From positions 6,944,001-7,008,000 of the forward strand of contig JBHGNT010000020.1 of assembly GCA_043228905.1 (NCBI GenBank): a stretch of 64,000 bases of DNA. The letters are read 5' to 3'. The notes under the pieces were generated by a model, which worked only from the letters and a program-made list of their open reading frames with translations, did not search any database and was not told the DNA's origin. The first letter of the stretch is position 1. Every line of letters starts with the position of its first letter. The translations under genes and the position numbers were made by a program. Shown piece by piece: positions 62,941 to 64,000 of the stretch. Origin of the DNA: Azolla caroliniana. Lineage: Eukaryota > Plantae > Polypodiophyta.

Positions 62941-63947
62941 AGTAGTCTCTCTGTATATTGCACAACTGGAAGATGCTGGGGAGGAACCAGATAGAGATGC
63001 CGTTAGAGAACTATGTCAAGCATAGGAGGAGGCCCTGGAATGGGAAATGGCGGTATCTCAAAGGGTGAAGGCGTCCCAGCTAGAAGAAGTAAACTTGGGA
63101 ACTGGAGAAGAAGCACGACCAATACAGGTTGCCAAAGAAATGTCACCGGAAAACAAAACGACAATGATTACATTATTGAAAGAATTCCGGGACGTATTTG
63201 CCTGGTCCTATGAGGATATGCGAGGGCTGGATCCACAGCTTTATCAACATCAGATACATCTCAACTAAGACGCCAAACCAGTAGCACAAAGGCGCTACCG
63301 AATGAACCCTCATTATGTGGTAAGGGTAAAAGAAGAGATCGACAAGTTTCTCCGAGTCGGTTTTATTCGGCCGGTAAAGAAAGCCACATGGTTGAGTTCG
63401 ATAGTCGTCATGCCGAAGAAGAATGGGAAGATCCGGGTGTGCGTCAATTACCGGAAAATGAATGCCGCGACGTTGACCGATGCCTTTCCACTTCCATTCA
63501 CGGATGGAGTTCTAGACGTGGTAGCCGGTCATGAGGTATATAGCTTCCTAGACGGATTCAATGGTTACAATCAAATACGGATGCACTTCGATGACCAAGA
63601 AAAGACGACGTTCATGACCGATTGGGGAGTTTTTGTTGTCGTAGTGATGATGTTTGGACTCAAGACGGCGCCGACTACCTTTCAACAGACAATCATGGAA
63701 ATATTTGGAGAGTTCATCCCGACGTTTATGCAGGTGTTCCTAGACGACTTCGCGGTGTATAGCCGGTAAGGGTAACACCTGGACAATCTCCGGTTATGCC
63801 TAGAGAAATGCATGGGGTATCAGTTAAGCTTGAACCCAGCAAAGTGTGTGTTCGGGGTGACTAGTGGTATGCTACTTGGCCATATTGTCAGCAAGGACGG
63901 GATAACAGTAGACCCGGACAAAGTCAAGGCAATTCTGGAGGCACCGG

Positions 63948-64000
63948 TGTCGCGAAAATACGATGAAGATACATGAACTTGAGGCAGGATCTCGGGGCCT
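63948..64000 (-). mobile_element. probable edge of another Y-related LTR
   Basis: X2 pol homology stops abruptly at TGTCGCGAA, the reverse complement of the Y LTR 3' end. Confidence 0.5.

Larger units (their letters stand above)
26889..63947 (+). mobile_element. X-family gypsy X2, host of the 31.6-kb B2 nest; 3' end not in window
   Basis: 5' LTR 26889-28077 resembles X1 LTRs; PBS TGGCGACCACG at 28085; degenerate gag-pol at 28134-29177, 60811-62513 and 62946-63947. Confidence 0.9.

Overview
Plant nuclear DNA, probably a non-seed land plant such as a fern or lycophyte (inferred from Tcn1-type self-priming chromoviruses). 1-10.4 kb holds the 5' part of an RRC1/SR140-type (U2-associated SURP) splicing-factor gene on the minus strand, with a 7.3-kb intron; the gene continues past the left edge. 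11.37-64 kb is one deeply nested LTR-retrotransposon cluster. My working labels: Copia A, C and D (D has an intact ORF), Tcn1-like chromoviruses B1, B2 and a B solo LTR, chromovirus E, Athila-like non-chromoviruses X1, X2 and X3, and gag-only element Y. Most boundaries are fixed by target-site duplications (TSDs). Most striking observation: X1 has no polypurine tract. In its place, 2 nt from the 3' LTR, is a second, inverted tRNA-Arg primer-binding site, suggesting tRNA priming of both cDNA strands. Two unrelated LTR families (B and Y) also carry an antisense tRNA-like A/B-box module in U3. All coordinates and mismatch counts were read by eye; tRNA identities come from recalled angiosperm tRNA 3' ends and need checking.
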